From the human T2T-CHM13v2.0 reference genome, Homo sapiens, in NCBI RefSeq assembly GCF_009914755.1, contig NC_060932.1: 64,000 nucleotides of DNA, one strand, 5' to 3'. Position 1 is the stretch's first letter, and each line of letters opens with the position of its first letter. The position numbers and the translations under genes are program-made. Positions 28,966 to 43,700 of the stretch are shown one piece after another. The notes under the pieces were generated by a model. It saw only the letters and a list, made by a program, of their open reading frames with translations, was not told where the DNA came from and searched no databases.

Positions 28966-31900
28966 CCTAGGCTTTTAAAAGGATTGCAGTGAGTTTTATG
29001 TTGGGAATGGTCTTGAAGGGCAGGGGTGGAAACGGAGAGACCAATTAGGAAGAATACTTGCAGTAGTCCAGAGGGAATATTCGTTTCACCCCTGGTAATG
29101 GTGGTAGGGATGATAAGTGGTTGGAGTCTGGAAATATTTGGGAGGAAAGGAGCATGAGGATCTGTTGATGGGTTGGATGCAAATATGCAAGAAAGAGAGA
29201 GGAAGGAGTCCAAGATACCTCTTAAGGCTTTTGGCTTGAGCAGATCAAAGAATGGAGATCTCATTACTGAGATATTCAAAAGTCAGTTGTCCATCCTAAG
29301 AATTAGAGGATTACTGCTGCTACCACCAATTAAGAGGAAATCACAGAAACCAGCCCAATACTGGTTGGTATATTGCAACTCATTTAAAGAAAATTATTCC
29401 TTGTATTTCAGATATTTGAAAAAAGAAATCTGTTATGGCTTATAATCCCCATGTCAGGAGTTCAAATGAGCAAAAGACCGGTTTATATGATGTTATTACT
29501 TTTATATTGACTTTATCAAAGTTTCTAAACTGTATTGAGATATTTTTAATTATTTCCAAAAAGCAGTAGTAGTAGAGTTTTTGGGGCTAAAGTTATCCAA
29601 CCTATTGATACTGCTCACATTTTCAGAAATGCTTGTTCTGTATGTTATACATGCTACATGCACGAGTAATTCCATATTTCCTCACTTCTAACAGAGTCCT
29701 TAGTTCCTTCATGCTCTCTCTTGACCCAGTAAATTGGTTTATTTGGGTCAGTTGGGAGTAGTTATCTGCAGGAACCATTAAGATTGAGTTCAGTTCTTCA
29801 CGTAGCTTTTCTTCTGCTTTGGTGGTGGTTATTTTTATATAGGCTCAGTTTCTTCATTGGATTAAACTGTGAATGTTGGCACCTATAATAATAATTCACT
29901 GGGTAATGTGGAATAATCTAATTGTATTCTAATTGTAATTCAAAAATTAATAATTCCTTCAAATAGCAAGATTTTGTTAGTATTACTCTGTGATCATAGT
30001 CAGAAACAAACCAAACCGTGGCATTCTGTGAGCTAGTGCAGATCTGTGGGCTACAGCTTGGGCCATTTTAAAGCCCCAGTAATCCAGTAATATTTTTGCT
30101 GAACTATGGAAAGTAAAACCAGTATGCTTAGGACTGCATAGGAAACTTCTCATCATTCAGAATTTTGATTGGATAATTATATTTGTTTATATCAGTGGCT
30201 GAAAGGAATGACCAGAAAAGAAACACTCTGTCCACAAGCTAGTTGAGGATCAACATGTCATTTCTTGGCATGGCGCTTTAGTTCTCTGGGTTACTTAGTT
30301 CTGTTCACTTGTTATACAAAAGCAAACAGATGAGTGAAATAAAGCAAACTGGGTGTTATTGAAATTAGAATGAGAATCTTCGTTCAAAATTTGTATTTAT
30401 TAGGACAAACGTTCAGGGAAAGTTCTTCAGGGGCAAGACATCTCATCCTGATAGGAACAGATTATGCTTATGTGGTGAGGTGATTTAATTTTCCTTTCTC
30501 CCTTCTTCTTTCCTTCCTTCAGACTCTTCCTCCATCTTACCCATGATTTATTATGTATCTAGATTTTTAAAAATCCCACTCAGTATATTCGCTTAGCTTT
30601 AAAAATGCGTTCAACCTTGACTGGCGTAGATAAGGCCAGCAACATGCCCAGATGTTTTCTGGAATCAGAGGGCTGAGGGTCTTCTGAATGTTTCAGGAAG
30701 GACAACTGTAGAGAAGCAAAGAGCCCTTAAATACTTCAGAGAAGTTTGGGTAATACACTTCCCCACAGCCTGTATCTCACAGCTGATAGCACTAATGTCC
30801 TTAGCATTCAGGCCCTAAGATTCCCAAGACTGTCACTTTTTACTGCTGGGAAAATTTTCTTAAGATTCTTATTTGAATTCTATATACTTTAGCAAAATCC
30901 TGTGTACCTTAATGTAAATTGAGAAAAAAGGGACCGCTTTGTTTTGATAGTAATTTGTTAATAAGTTTGGTGATTACTATTGTTTGCCTTTTTCTTGTGA
31001 TCTTCTTGACTCTAAGTAGTATTCAGTCTTCAGTTTAATATCCTTTTGAACGGGACTTGTTTTTTTCCTTCCCAACAAGTACTAAAAATGATCCCATTTG
31101 CTTTTACATAGCCAAAATTGTAGTATGAGTACAGGTTTATTAATTGTTCTTCCCCTTGCTGATGGGAGCTACTGGGAACACATAAAAGCTGATTTGTAAT
31201 AGCATTTTAAAAGGCGGAGCGGGGGGATGTAAGGCAGAAGGGAACGTGGATGGATATATTGAACAAGCTTGAGAAAATTAAAAAAAAAAAAAACTTGTTC
31301 AAAGACTGACAAATGGATCGTGGGTCTGGATTTTCTGAACTGAGACTCTGGGTTCATCTGCTCTGAATCCACCAGGCTTCCAGACTGCGCCGTTGCTTCT
31401 GCTATCAGTGCTGCGTGGTTTAGCATGAGCTTTTAGGGAAATGTCACATCTTGTTCACATGGGTAGAATTATATTACATCTGTTCTTACTGAGCATGAAC
31501 CAAGATTAAAATCTTGCCATTCTCAACAGAACAAATAATAGAAAATTACAGCAAATGATGTGCATGTTCTTTGCTCTTAATCAATTTTCTGCAGTCCTAC
31601 AAAACTTTTCCAAAGTAAATGTAAATATTTTCTTTATACACACCTAGCAAATGCACAGTGTATGATTATATTTTTATTAGTATACATGAACTTGGGTTAA
31701 AGTTCAATAAATACGGTTTAAAATTGGGAAGGAAAAATTAAATAATTTCAAGGTTGCATACTTTCACTAGTAGAAATTCTCTACTTTTGGGACAAAAATT
31801 ATTATTTTCCAAATATCCAATGAGTATGTCACTTGCGGGGGAGAAAGAGGAACTGGAAGAATATCCTGAAGAGGTTAGGGAATGTGGTAAAAGGGGCACA

Positions 31901-32112
31901 TTTTAAGGGCTACTCACAAAAGAGTCTTATATGAAGCATATTAGTTTGGGTTTATTTTTTCTTGGGAGGAATTCTAACATAATTTTAAGTTAAGGAAAGA
32001 TAGCACAAAATAGCATTCAGTGAATAAAGTGAACAACACACATCTTTATTATGGTTTGAGGAGATAGAAGAAAAGAGGAGAAAAAAATAACTGATTTCAA
32101 GGTTGGAAGGAA

Positions 32113-32530
<418 letters not shown>

Positions 32531-32597
32531 TAATCAAATTTACTTTCACCTTGTTTTCTACAAATGGCTTATGCATAAAGCATAAAACAACAGTGGG

Positions 32598-33342
32598 TTT
32601 TAAAAATTGATACATGATATTTTACATATTCATGGGGTACATGTGGTGTTTTGTTACATGGATAGAATGTATAATGATCTAGTTGGGTTATTTGGGGTAT
32701 CCATGACATTGAGTACTTATCATTTCTGTGTTTGGTGAACATTTTGAGTTGTCTTGTAGCTACTTTGAAATACACAAAACATTGTTGTTAACTATAGTCC
32801 CTCCACTCTGCTATCAGACATTGGAACTTACACCTTCTAACCGTGTGTTTGTATCCATTAGCCATCCTGTCTTCATCCATTGACCAGCCCTCTCCCCCAC
32901 CCAACTCTTCCCAGCCTCTGGTATCTCTCATTCTACTCTCTAACTCCATGAGATCAATTTTTTAGCTCCCACATGTGAGTACATGCAATATTTGTCTTTC
33001 TTTGCCTGGCTTATTTCACTTAATAACCTTCAGTTTCATCCATGACGCTGCAAACGGCGTGATTTTATTCTTTTCTGTGGCTGAATAGTATTTCATCATG
33101 TATATATACCACACTTTCTTTTTCCATTTGTCTGTTGGCAGACACTTAGGGTGAGTCCACATCTTTGCTATCGTGAATAGTCTGTGAGATTTCTTTTTGA
33201 TGTGCTGATTTCTTTTCCTTTGGACAAATGCCCAGTAATGGGATTGCTGGATCATATATAGTGGTTCTGTTTTTGGTTTTGTGAGAAATCTTCATACTGT
33301 TTTCTGTAGTGGCTGTACTAATTGACATTCTCAGCAACAGTA
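32598..33342 (-). mobile_element. 5'-truncated L1MA
   Basis: L1MA 3'UTR (TACATATTCATGGGGTACATGTG...) plus ORF2 C-terminal remnant ([10 protein letters not shown]); TSD AACAGTGGGT. Confidence 0.85.
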
Positions 33343-33523
33343 ACAGTGGGTCTTTTTTTTTTTAACGTGAAGCATAGGCATTCTTGAAATATTTTCATCT
33401 CATTAGCTTTTAATACTTTTTTCATATTACAAAAGTATGATGCAGTATGATTTTAAATATGGAACCATTCTGAACATGAGATGTAGACAACATGTAAAGT
33501 ATCAAATCTGATGTTTTGAATTA

Positions 33524-33830
33524 GAGTCAGGTGCATAATGACATTTTGGTGTACAGCAGACCACATATACGACGGTGGTTGCATAAAATTATAATACTGT
33601 ATTTTTACTGTACTTTTTTTCTATGTGTAGTTAAACAAATACTTACCATTTTGTTATAGTTGCCTACAGCATTCACTATGGTAGCCTGCCATGCAGGTTT
33701 GTAGCCTAGGAGCAATAGGCTGTATATAGAGTCGAGGTGTGTCGTAGGCAATGCCATCTAGGCGTGTGTAAGTGCACTGTAATAATGCATTTCTCGGAAT
33801 GTTTTCCCATCTTAAGTGACACATGACTGT
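33524..33830 (+). mobile_element. Tigger3a-like DNA transposon
   Basis: GACCACATATACGACGGTGGT..ATTATAATAC and terminal CATGACTGTA. Confidence 0.8.
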
Positions 33831-34439
33831 ACCTCCCACGGGCTCCTGATTCCATCACATTAGGGGTTAGGCTTTCAACATCTGAATTTTGGGGGCACAC
33901 AAACATTCAGGTCCTGAGACCCCCACAGTTTCCTTATGTGCCTTTGTAATCCCCTCCCTGTCATCCCTCATTTCCAGGCAACCACTGATATTTCTTTCAT
34001 CATACATTAGTTTGCCATTTCTGGAATCTTACGTTGATGGAATTACACACTGTCTTCTTTTCTGTTTCGCTTACTCAGCATAATTATTTTCAGATTCATT
34101 CATGTTGTTGTGTGGTATTAATAGTTCTTTCCTTTTTATTGGTCAGAAGTATTGCATCATATGGAAACACCAGTTTGTCCATTCATCTGCTAATGGATAC
34201 TTGTGTTGTCTGCAGTTTAGGGCTATTACAAATAAACATGATGTGAACATTTGTGTACAAGTCTTTGTGTGGACATGTTTTTATTTCTCCTCGATAAATA
34301 CCTAGGAGTGGAATAGCTGGATCATATGATAGGTATATGTTTAAGGTTTTAAAAAACTGCGAAACTGTTTTCCGGAGTAGTTGAACCATTTTATATTCAC
34401 ATCAGCAGTCTGAGAATTGCAGTTGCTTCATATCCTTTC

Positions 34440-35166
<727 letters not shown>

Positions 35167-35270
35167 CTTGCCAGCACTTGGTAAGATCAACTGTTGTGAT
35201 TCCAGCCTTTCTATTAGGTGTGTAATGGCATCTCCTTAATTTGCTTCTCCCTAATGGCTTGTGATGTTGA

Positions 35271-35592
<322 letters not shown>

Positions 35593-35707
35593 GCCATCCA
35601 TATATCTTCTTTAGTGAAGTGTCCGTTGAGATTTCATGCACATGTTTTGAGTTGTTTGGCTTCTTATTATTGATTTTTGAGGAATCTTTATTCTAGGTAC
35701 AAGTTCT

Positions 35708-36280
35708 TTTTTAAATGATTGACACATAAAAAGCTGTACCTATTTAATTTATACAACTTGATAAGTTTGGGGATAAGTTCATGCCCTTGGAACCATTAAC
35801 ACCATCAAGAGCATAAACATATCCATTACCACCCCAAGTTTCCTTTCACCCCCTTTATTTATTTATTATTATTATTATTATTAATTTTGTGGTAAGAACA
35901 CCTAACATGAGATCTACCTTCTTAGCAAATTTTAAGTATACCACACAGTATTGTTAGCTTCAGGCTGTATTTTTTCCCTTTGACCATCACCTCCCCATTT
36001 TCCTCTTCCCCAGCTTGTGGCAACTACCATTCTACTCTGTTTCTGTGAGTCTGACTATTTTAGATTCCACATATAAGTGAGATTATGTGGTATTTGTTTT
36101 TCTGTGTCTGGCTTGTTTCATTTAACATAATGCCCTCCAGGTCTGTGTATGTAGTCACAAATGGCAGGATTTCCTTCCTTTTTAAGAACAAATGTTTTTT
36201 CATTGTGTGTGTTTACCACACTTTCTTTATTTGTTCATCTGACAATGGACATTGAGATTATTTCCATATCATTCTCATAA
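35708..36280 (-). mobile_element. L1MA9/L1MB1-like 3' end nested in the older L1
   Basis: GTGGTAAGAACACCTAACATGAGATCTACC..TTAGCAAATTTTAAGTATA and TTAGATTCCACATATAAGTGAGAT. Confidence 0.75.
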
Positions 36281-36336
36281 TAATATCTTGTAATGAGTGG
36301 GAGTTTTTCATTTTGATGAAGCCCATTTTGTTAGTG

Positions 36337-36632
36337 TTTTTTTTTTTTTTTTGACAGGGTCTCACTCTACACAGGCAGGAGTGCAGTGGCATGATATTGA
36401 CTCACTGCAGCCTCTCTCTCCTAGGCTCAGGTGATCCCCCCAACTCAGCTTTCCACATAGCTGGGAATACAGGCACATGCCACCATGCTCATCTAATTTT
36501 TAAAAATCTTTCTGTAGAGATGGCGTTTCGCCGTGTTGCCCAAGCTGGTATTGAACTCCTGGCCTCATGCAGACCGACTGCCCCAGTCTCCCAAAGTGTT
36601 GGGATTACAGGCATGAGCCACCACACTTAGCC
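36337..36632 (-). mobile_element. AluJ-like SINE
   Basis: Diverged Alu dimer. Confidence 0.85.
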
Positions 36633-37653
36633 AGTTTTTTCTTTAACAGGTTGTGCTTTTTGGTATCATATTTTAGAAATCTTTGTCAAGCCCAAGGGCA
36701 CAAAGATTTTCTCCTATAATTTTCTTCTACCTGTTTTATAAAGTTTAATATCTAGTTCTGTGATCCATTTTACATTACTTTTTGTATATGGTATGAAGTG
36801 TGGATCAGAGTGCTGGTTTTGCTTTATTGTGTTTTCTAAACAATATGAATATTCAGTTGTTCTATTACTATTTGTTGAAAGGCTATTCTTTCTTTACTGA
36901 ATTGCCCTTGCCCCTTTATCAAAAGTCAATTGACCATAAATATGTATTTCCGAGCTTGATTCTGTTCCATTGTCCTTTTTGTGTATCTCGATGCCCACAC
37001 CACACTGTCTTTATTACTAGGTTTTTCATTATAAAGTCTTGAAGTCATGTAAGTCCTCAAACGTTATTCTTCCTTTCCAAAATCATTTTGACTATTGTGG
37101 GTCGTTTGCATTTTTATCTGAATTTGGAATCAGTTTGTTAATTTCTACAAAAACAGTGTGCTAGGATTTTGATCGTGTTGAGTTAGCAGATCAGTTTTGG
37201 AAGAATTGAAATCATGACAATATTAAACCTTCTGACCCATGAATATGGCGTATCTCTCCATTTATTTAGATCTTTAATTTCTCTTAGCAATTATGTTGTA
37301 GTTCTCAGTGTAAAGTTCCTGTGCACCTTTTGTCAGATTTCTCTCTGTTTCATTGTTGATGCTATTAATGTCATTGTCCTATTAATTTCTATTTTTGATA
37401 GTTTATTTTTATAGAAATACAGTTGATGTTTTTATCTTTGCATATCCTGCAATCTTGCTAAGTCTTAGTTGCAGAAACTTTTTTTTGGTAGCGGCTATGG
37501 GAATTTCTGTGTAGATGATCATGTCATCTACAAATAAGTTTTATAACAATGTACTTTGATGTGGATGTCTTCATCTTTTGTTCTGGTTCTTGGCCTTTTC
37601 AGCAAAGAAAATTATTATCTTTAGTTGTGGGAGACTTAGAGACGTTTCTGGTG

Positions 37654-37903
37654 CAGACTGAGTCCTCCTTATCTGAAACATTTGGAACCAGAAGTGTTTT
37701 GGATTTTGCATTTTTTGGATTTTGGGAGTATTTGCATCATGCTTACCAGTTGAGCATGATGTAGATATCTGAAAATCTAATCCAAAAATCTGAAATCCAA
37801 AATGCTCCAGTGAGCATTTCCTTTGAGTATCATGTCGTTGCTCAAAATGTTTTGGATTTTGGAGCATTTTAGGTTTTGCATTTTCAGATTAGAGATACTC
37901 AGG
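37654..37903 (-). mobile_element. Tigger4a (MER46-like) DNA transposon
   Basis: CCAGAAGTGTTTTGGATTT, AAATGCTCCAGTGAGCATTTCCTTTGAG..TCATGTCG and decayed TIRs. Confidence 0.8.
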
Positions 37904-37910
37904 TAGTTTG

Positions 37911-38148
37911 TTTCCTTCCTCCCTCCCTCCCTCCCTCCCTCCCTTCTTTCTCTCCCTTTCTCCCTTCTTTCCCTTCCTCCCTCCCTTCTCCCTTTCTCCA
38001 TCCCTCCCTTCTCTCCCTTCCTTCCTCCCTTCTCTCCCTTCTTTCCTCGCTTCTCTCCCTTTCCTTCTTTCCCTTCCCCTTCCCCTTCTCCTTCCCCTTC
38101 CCCTTCTCTCCTTTCCCCTCCCTACCCCTCCCTTCCCTTCCCTTCCTC
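37911..38148. repeat. Polypyrimidine/polypurine low-complexity tract (CCTT/CCCT/CCCCTT units)
   Basis: ~240 bp of almost pure C/T. Confidence 0.95.
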
Positions 38149-38729
38149 CAAACTGAGCTGTCTTTGTTTAGGATGTGAACAAGGCAGGGCTCTGGAGATG
38201 AGGACTTTAATTATCTTACGGAGTCAAAATGGAAGGTAGTGTTTGAATGTTTCAGGCACGGCTTTGAGGAAAGAAGGAAGGAGCTTGGCGGCTTGCTACT
38301 TTGCCCTCACCCTATACTTGGGTCTATACCTGGAAAGCAGATATCGAGGTATCTGCCTGAGTGAGGGAGGACAGTTACCCACAGGTAACTGCTGCAGGAA
38401 AGCATCTGGGACTCAAACTGCTCGTTAGTCAAAATCATTACCAGCCGAGCTCTTAGCGCCATCCTGTGCCTGCGCCCTGGTCTCCAGATTACGTGGTCCT
38501 TTCATTTCCTGAACTTCCTAGGGTTCTGAGTTTTGAGTCTACTTCCTGCTTCTCGACTTTGCTCCAGCAGACCCCTCTGTCTCCTTTCCACTTTCTCAAA
38601 TGTGACCATCTCTCATCTAGTATCATCACTTCTCACTTCTGTCTTTCCTTCTGGGGTTATACCCGCTTCTTCCTTTATTTCATGAGAGTTTCAGGAGGGA
38701 GCCGAGAAGACCTGTGAAGCCTACTTTAG

Positions 38730-38730
<1 letters not shown>

Positions 38731-38767
<37 letters not shown>
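38731..38767. repeat. (CA)n microsatellite
   Basis: About 18 perfect units. Confidence 0.95.
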
Positions 38768-38769
<2 letters not shown>

Positions 38770-38808
38770 TTTATTTAAAACAAAACTACATCAAATAAAT
38801 ATATACAG

Positions 38809-39200
38809 CGTTTATGGACTGAATTGTGCATCCCTCAAGCCCCCTCAGCAAATTCATATGTGAAGCCCTGACCCCCAGTATGACTATGTTTGGACCTTGA
38901 AAGAGGTAACTAGGGTTAAACGAGGTCATTGACGGGGGGTCTTAATCCAGTCTGGCTGGCAACTTCTTAAAAGAAGAGGGAGAGACCCCAGGGACACACA
39001 TGCACAGAGGAAAGGCCCTGTGAGGACAAAGGGAGAAGGTGGCTGTTTGTGAGCCAAGGAAAGAGACTTCAGGAGAAAACAACCCATTTGAGACCTAGAT
39101 CTTGCACTTCCAGCCTCCAGAACTGTGGGAAAATCAATTTCTGTTGTTGAAGTCACCCAGTCTGCAGTATTTTGTTATGGTAGCCCTCAGAGTCGAATGA
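38809..39200 (+). mobile_element. MLT1A/B-like solo LTR
   Basis: TTATGGACTGAATTGTG..AAATTCATATG..CTTCCAGCCTCCAGAACTGTG..TTTGTTATGG. Confidence 0.8.
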
Positions 39201-39629
39201 AGTAGCTTAGCGGATTATTGTAAAGTGAATCCCCTTTAGCCACCATCCAGGACCACAGCAGGAAATTAGAAACTCCCGTATGTGTCCCATCCTAATCACA
39301 ATCCCTTCCCTTCCTCCAAAGTAACCACTCTTCTGATTTTCCTAGTAGTTGCTTCTTTACATTTCTTTATAGTTCCTTCACCCCATCATACATTTCTAGA
39401 CACTAAATAATTTGGTTTTGGTAATGTTTTTAGACTGTGTCTTTTAAGTCTCCTAATCTGTAGGTATCACTCCAGCTATTTAATGTTGTTTCTCAGTCTG
39501 CGCTCTGCTGGTGTAATTCAACATGTTCCTCTGTCCTCTTGTGTTTTCTGCAGATTGGCAGCAGAATGCAGTTACATTGTCGGATTAGGATTTAATCCCT
39601 TCAGCACAATTATATGTTGTAGTGTGTTT

Positions 39630-39741
39630 TTCTTTTTTGTGTGTTTTAAAGAAGGGACTTGGTCTTGCCATGTCACCCAGGCTGGACTTCAGAGGCTATT
39701 CACAGGCACAGTACTACTGCTGATCTTCATGAGAGTTTTGA
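39630..39741 (-). pseudogene. 5'-truncated 7SL (SRP) RNA retrocopy
   Basis: Reverse complement TCAAAACTCTCATGAAGATCAGCAGTAGTACTGTGCCTGTGAATAGCC..TCCAGCCTGGG matches the 7SL 3' end, including sequence absent from Alu; decayed tail; GTAGTGT on both flanks. Confidence 0.7.
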
Positions 39742-40177
39742 GTAGTGTTTGTTTTTTATCAGAATGTGTATCGTCTGGTTTTCACTCTTTCTTTCTTTGT
39801 TTCTTTTTTTTATGTTAGCTATTGATGCTCAGTGCCTAGATTTATTAATTTATTAAGGATTGTAAAATGGTGGTATTTGACTTTGTCATTCTGTTTTCAT
39901 TTATTAACTGGAATAATTGTATAAGAAGATGCTTCTCCTTATCTATTTGGTTGTTGAGTTTATTTAGGAAAGTCAAGATGAATATTTGATTCTTTCCTTT
40001 TATTTACACAGCTTTCAAAATAATGAATTGATTTCCTGTCATCCTTAGAACGTGACCAGTTCATTTCTTTTCTTTTTTAAAAAAATCATTGTGATCTCAG
40101 AGCTTTCAGCATAGTCGACAAGTAACAATTCATTGTCATTCTCATCCTCATTGAAGCTCACATTGTTCCATCATTGA

Positions 40178-40589
40178 TGTATTAGGCTGTTCTTGTGTTG
40201 CTATAAAGAAATACCTGAGATGGGGTATTTCTAAAGAAAAGAGGTTTAATTGGCTCATGGTTCTGCAGGCTGTACAAGAAGCATGGCACCAGCTTCTGCT
40301 TCTGGTGAGGGCCTCAGGAATCTTCCAGTCATAGTGGAAGGCGAAGGGGGAGAAGGCATCTCACATGGCAAGAGCTGGAGCAAGGAGCAGGGATGCCACA
40401 CACTTGTAAGCAATCAGATCTCGTGTGAACTCAGAGCAATAACTCACTCATCACCAAGGAGATGGTGTTAAGCCATTCATGAGGGATCTGCTCCCATGAT
40501 CCAAACACCTCCCACCAGGCCGCACCTCCAACACTGGTTATTACATTTCAACATGAGATTTGGAGGGGTTAAACATCCAAACTGTATCA
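40178..40589 (-). mobile_element. MSTA/B MaLR solo LTR
   Basis: TGTATTAGG..GCTATAAAGAAATACCTGAGA..AAAGAGGTTTAATTGGCTCATGG...CAAACTGTATCA. Confidence 0.9.
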
Positions 40590-41574
40590 GTTGGCCAAAG
40601 GGAGCCTCCTTAAATTGACTCCTGAGTCCTTTTGATCAGACCTTACAAGCCCTTTATAGCTTTCTTGCTGTCTGGTATGTCAAGATGTTTCAGGTTCATT
40701 ATCTACATATCTTGCCCAGGCCTAGAATCAGCCATTTTCAAAGAAGTCCTAGTTTTATTTAATTGGAAATGATGCTTCAAGACCTGAGTATAGATGCTGG
40801 ATGCAAATTGTTACTGGGTTTATCATTGCTTCTGTGCCTTCCCAGTAGAGAGGGCTGAAATGTATGTGTGTGTATAAAAATAAAACATCTTGAGTTCATA
40901 CTGATATTTTTACTTCAAATTCAGAACAACTTGTCTTGGTGTTTCCTTTTTTCCTTTTTTTTTTTTTTGGAATGTAGTATATAAACAGAAAAAAATGGAC
41001 AAATCTTATGTGTCCAGCTTGGAGAATTTTCAGAGTGACAATTTGGTGACATCCCTATAACCAGTTACCAGATCAAGAAAGAAAACATCACCAGCACCCT
41101 AGACCCCTCCCCAGTCACTCCCCGCTCCCTACTCCACCAAAGATAATTACTGTCCTACCTTCTAGTAGCATAGATTGGTTATGCTCCAGGACCTTTTCCC
41201 TCTCAGTTGTCATCCTTTTGAGAGTGTGGCTAGGGTCACCAGTCAAGGGCTATGGAGACAGATAGGCTCCCATCAGGAGCTGCTGTTCCACTCCTGATAC
41301 TGGGCACACGATCACTCATATTGGGGGAGAGCTGTGGAGCCGTCAGTGACGTAACCAACTGGAGCCTAGTTGCTGAGCCAAGAGCACTGGTCTGGGAGTC
41401 CTCAGAGCTGGGGTCCACGTCAAGAGTATGCGTCTGACTTGTTTCTCTTTGCAAGCCACCTATCCTCTAAGGACCGCAGGTCATTTGCATCATCTCTTAT
41501 GTATTACAGCTCTATTTTCTTTTTTCTACACTGAGAATCCTGGCTTCCAGCTTCACATGGTGCCTTAGTTAAGG

Positions 41575-41731
41575 CTGCTTGTGAGGCCATGAATCCCATC
41601 ATGGGGGGTCTACCCTCATGACCTCATCTAAACCTAATTAGTTCCCAAGGATCCTGCCTCCCAGTGCTATGGTGTTGGGGATTAGTGTTTCAACATAGGA
41701 ATTTTGGAGGGACATATTCAGTGCATAACAC
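41575..41731 (-). mobile_element. MLT1A/MST LTR fragment
   Basis: CCCTCATGACCTCATCTAAACCTAATTA..TTTCAACATAGGAATTTTGGAGGGACA. Confidence 0.65.
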
Positions 41732-41949
41732 GTGATGATAGACTATTATAGAATTACTTATTTGCTTTGTCCCACAATACACATAGGAAGTCTCTGAATA
41801 ACAGTACTAGTACTACCAGCTTCCGTTATGACTACTGAATACAGTTAAAGTCTTTTGCATCTGTTCTCCCCATTCTCCTGTGTGTTTAATTGTTGTACCA
41901 TGTCGACTTAGCGTGTAACCATTACGTGTTGTAATCTCTGCCTCTTAAC

Positions 41950-43700
41950 TCTCATTTTAACTTGATTCTGCAAGTAACTGTGTAATCAGTTTATACTCAC
42001 AGCAGTCTTTCATATATGTCTTTGGAGTGATGTTGATTTTCTGAAGCTTATTCTCTAGGAGGTTTCTCAGGAAGGTTTTTTTTTTTTTTTTTTTTGAGAC
42101 AGAGTCTCGCTCTGTCGCCCAGGCTGGAGTCCAGTAGTGCGATCTCGGCTCACTACAAGCTCTTCCTCCTGGGTTCACGCCATTCTCCTGCCTCAGCCTC
42201 CCGAGTAGCTGGGACTACAGGCACCCACCACCATGCCTGGCTAATTGTTTTGTATTTTTAGTAGAGACCGGGTTTCACCGTGTTAGCCAGGATGGTCTTG
42301 ATCTCCTGACCTCGTGACCCACCCGCCTCAGCCTCCCAAAGTGCTGGGATTACAGGTGTGAGCCACCATGCCAGGCCAGGAAGGGTTCTTAAGAACAACA
42401 TATCTTGAATCCTTGTCTAGTGATAACTGTCCCCTTGATACTTGAAGGTCACTTTACTTAGAGATAAAATTATTGGCTTGTATTTTCTTTCCTTAAGTAT
42501 CTTAACTCTCTTTCTCTGTTTCCTTCTGGCATAAACTGTTGCTGGAAATGTGCAGTGATATTTCCCTCTGTAAGTCATGTGGTCTTTTTGCCTCGATACC
42601 CAAAGGACTTTTTCTTAATCTGGTGTTAGCCATTTGTGGTTGATAGGCTTAGATAGGTGGTATGTTCTCTCAGTGTATAGCTTCAGATCGTTTTTCATTC
42701 GGAAAACGTTTCTTGGATTGTAGTCTTCAGTATTTGTCCTGTTCCATTGCTTCATTGTTGCTTTTATAGTCAGAGACTCCTGTTATCTGTTTCAGGTATT
42801 CTTTGCCTGTCTTTAGTATTCATTTCTTCTCTTGCATTCTTTTTATCTCTTCTTTTTTTTTTTAATTAAAAAATTTTCTTCTTCAAGCCGCCTGTTTCTC
42901 TTAAAGCATTTTTGTGTTTACGTGTTCTTGTCTTCCATATAATCTTTATGTATAAAACGAGTTTCTCCTTTATTTGTACTTCCTAGAGATTTGCCCGCTT
43001 TTTGAACTTTAAAAAGGAAATCATTCTGGCTTACCTTCGTTCATGGCTTGTATCATTTTCACATACTTTAGCTCAGTTTGAATTGTATTTTCTTCAGTGT
43101 GCTTTCCTTGTCTGTGGGGATTTTGCTGCTTAAATCTTTCTCTCGTAGTAAGTTTGTGTGGGGTCTGACCTCAGTGCTTTCGGTGCTTGTTTGTATGTGA
43201 CGCTAGTTTTCCTCAACTCATGGAAGGAGACTTGGGAGATACACTGCCCTGTTACAGCCCCTTCGGCTGTGGCTTTTGTACAGGTTTCCTGCTTCCCCTC
43301 TCCCAGTTTTACCTGCCTTTTCTTTGTCCCTGTCCCTGTTTTGCTCCTTTTTGAATCCAGTCCCAGCACTTTCTCCTCAGTGTGAGGCCTTGGCTTGGAG
43401 CGGGAGCCCTGGAGCATCTGTTTTCCGAGTTCCAGGAGGTGAGGCTCATCTAGTCCCTCGGACCGCACTCCCTGTCTCTGTGGAGTGGCCAGATCCCTCC
43501 TAGTAGCAGCTGCTGGCAAGAAATGGGTCTGCTGTGCTTTTCAGTGAGTGCCTCAGGCTGTTGGGGTGTTCTGCCTTCCCGAGAGCCCATGCCTCCTCTA
43601 GTGGCTGGTGCAGGGGCAGTGACTGCTGGGGCCTGGTCACTGCCTCCCTACCTGCCTGTGCCTTGCTGTCCACAGGATTCTTTGAGTTATGTAAGAAATG
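41950..43700 (-). mobile_element. Ancient HAL1/L1ME-like fragment
   Basis: ATACTTGAAGG..GATAAAATTATTGGCT..ATTTTCTTTCCTTAAGT motif; highly diverged. Confidence 0.45.
42076..42377 (-). mobile_element. AluY
   Basis: GGTTCACGCCATTCTCC and GTGTTAGCCAGGATGG; TSD AGGAAGG. Confidence 0.9.

Noticed and set aside
37777-38178. Pro/Ser/Phe-rich and Arg/Glu/Gly-rich ORFs
   Set aside because: Artefact of the C/T low-complexity tract
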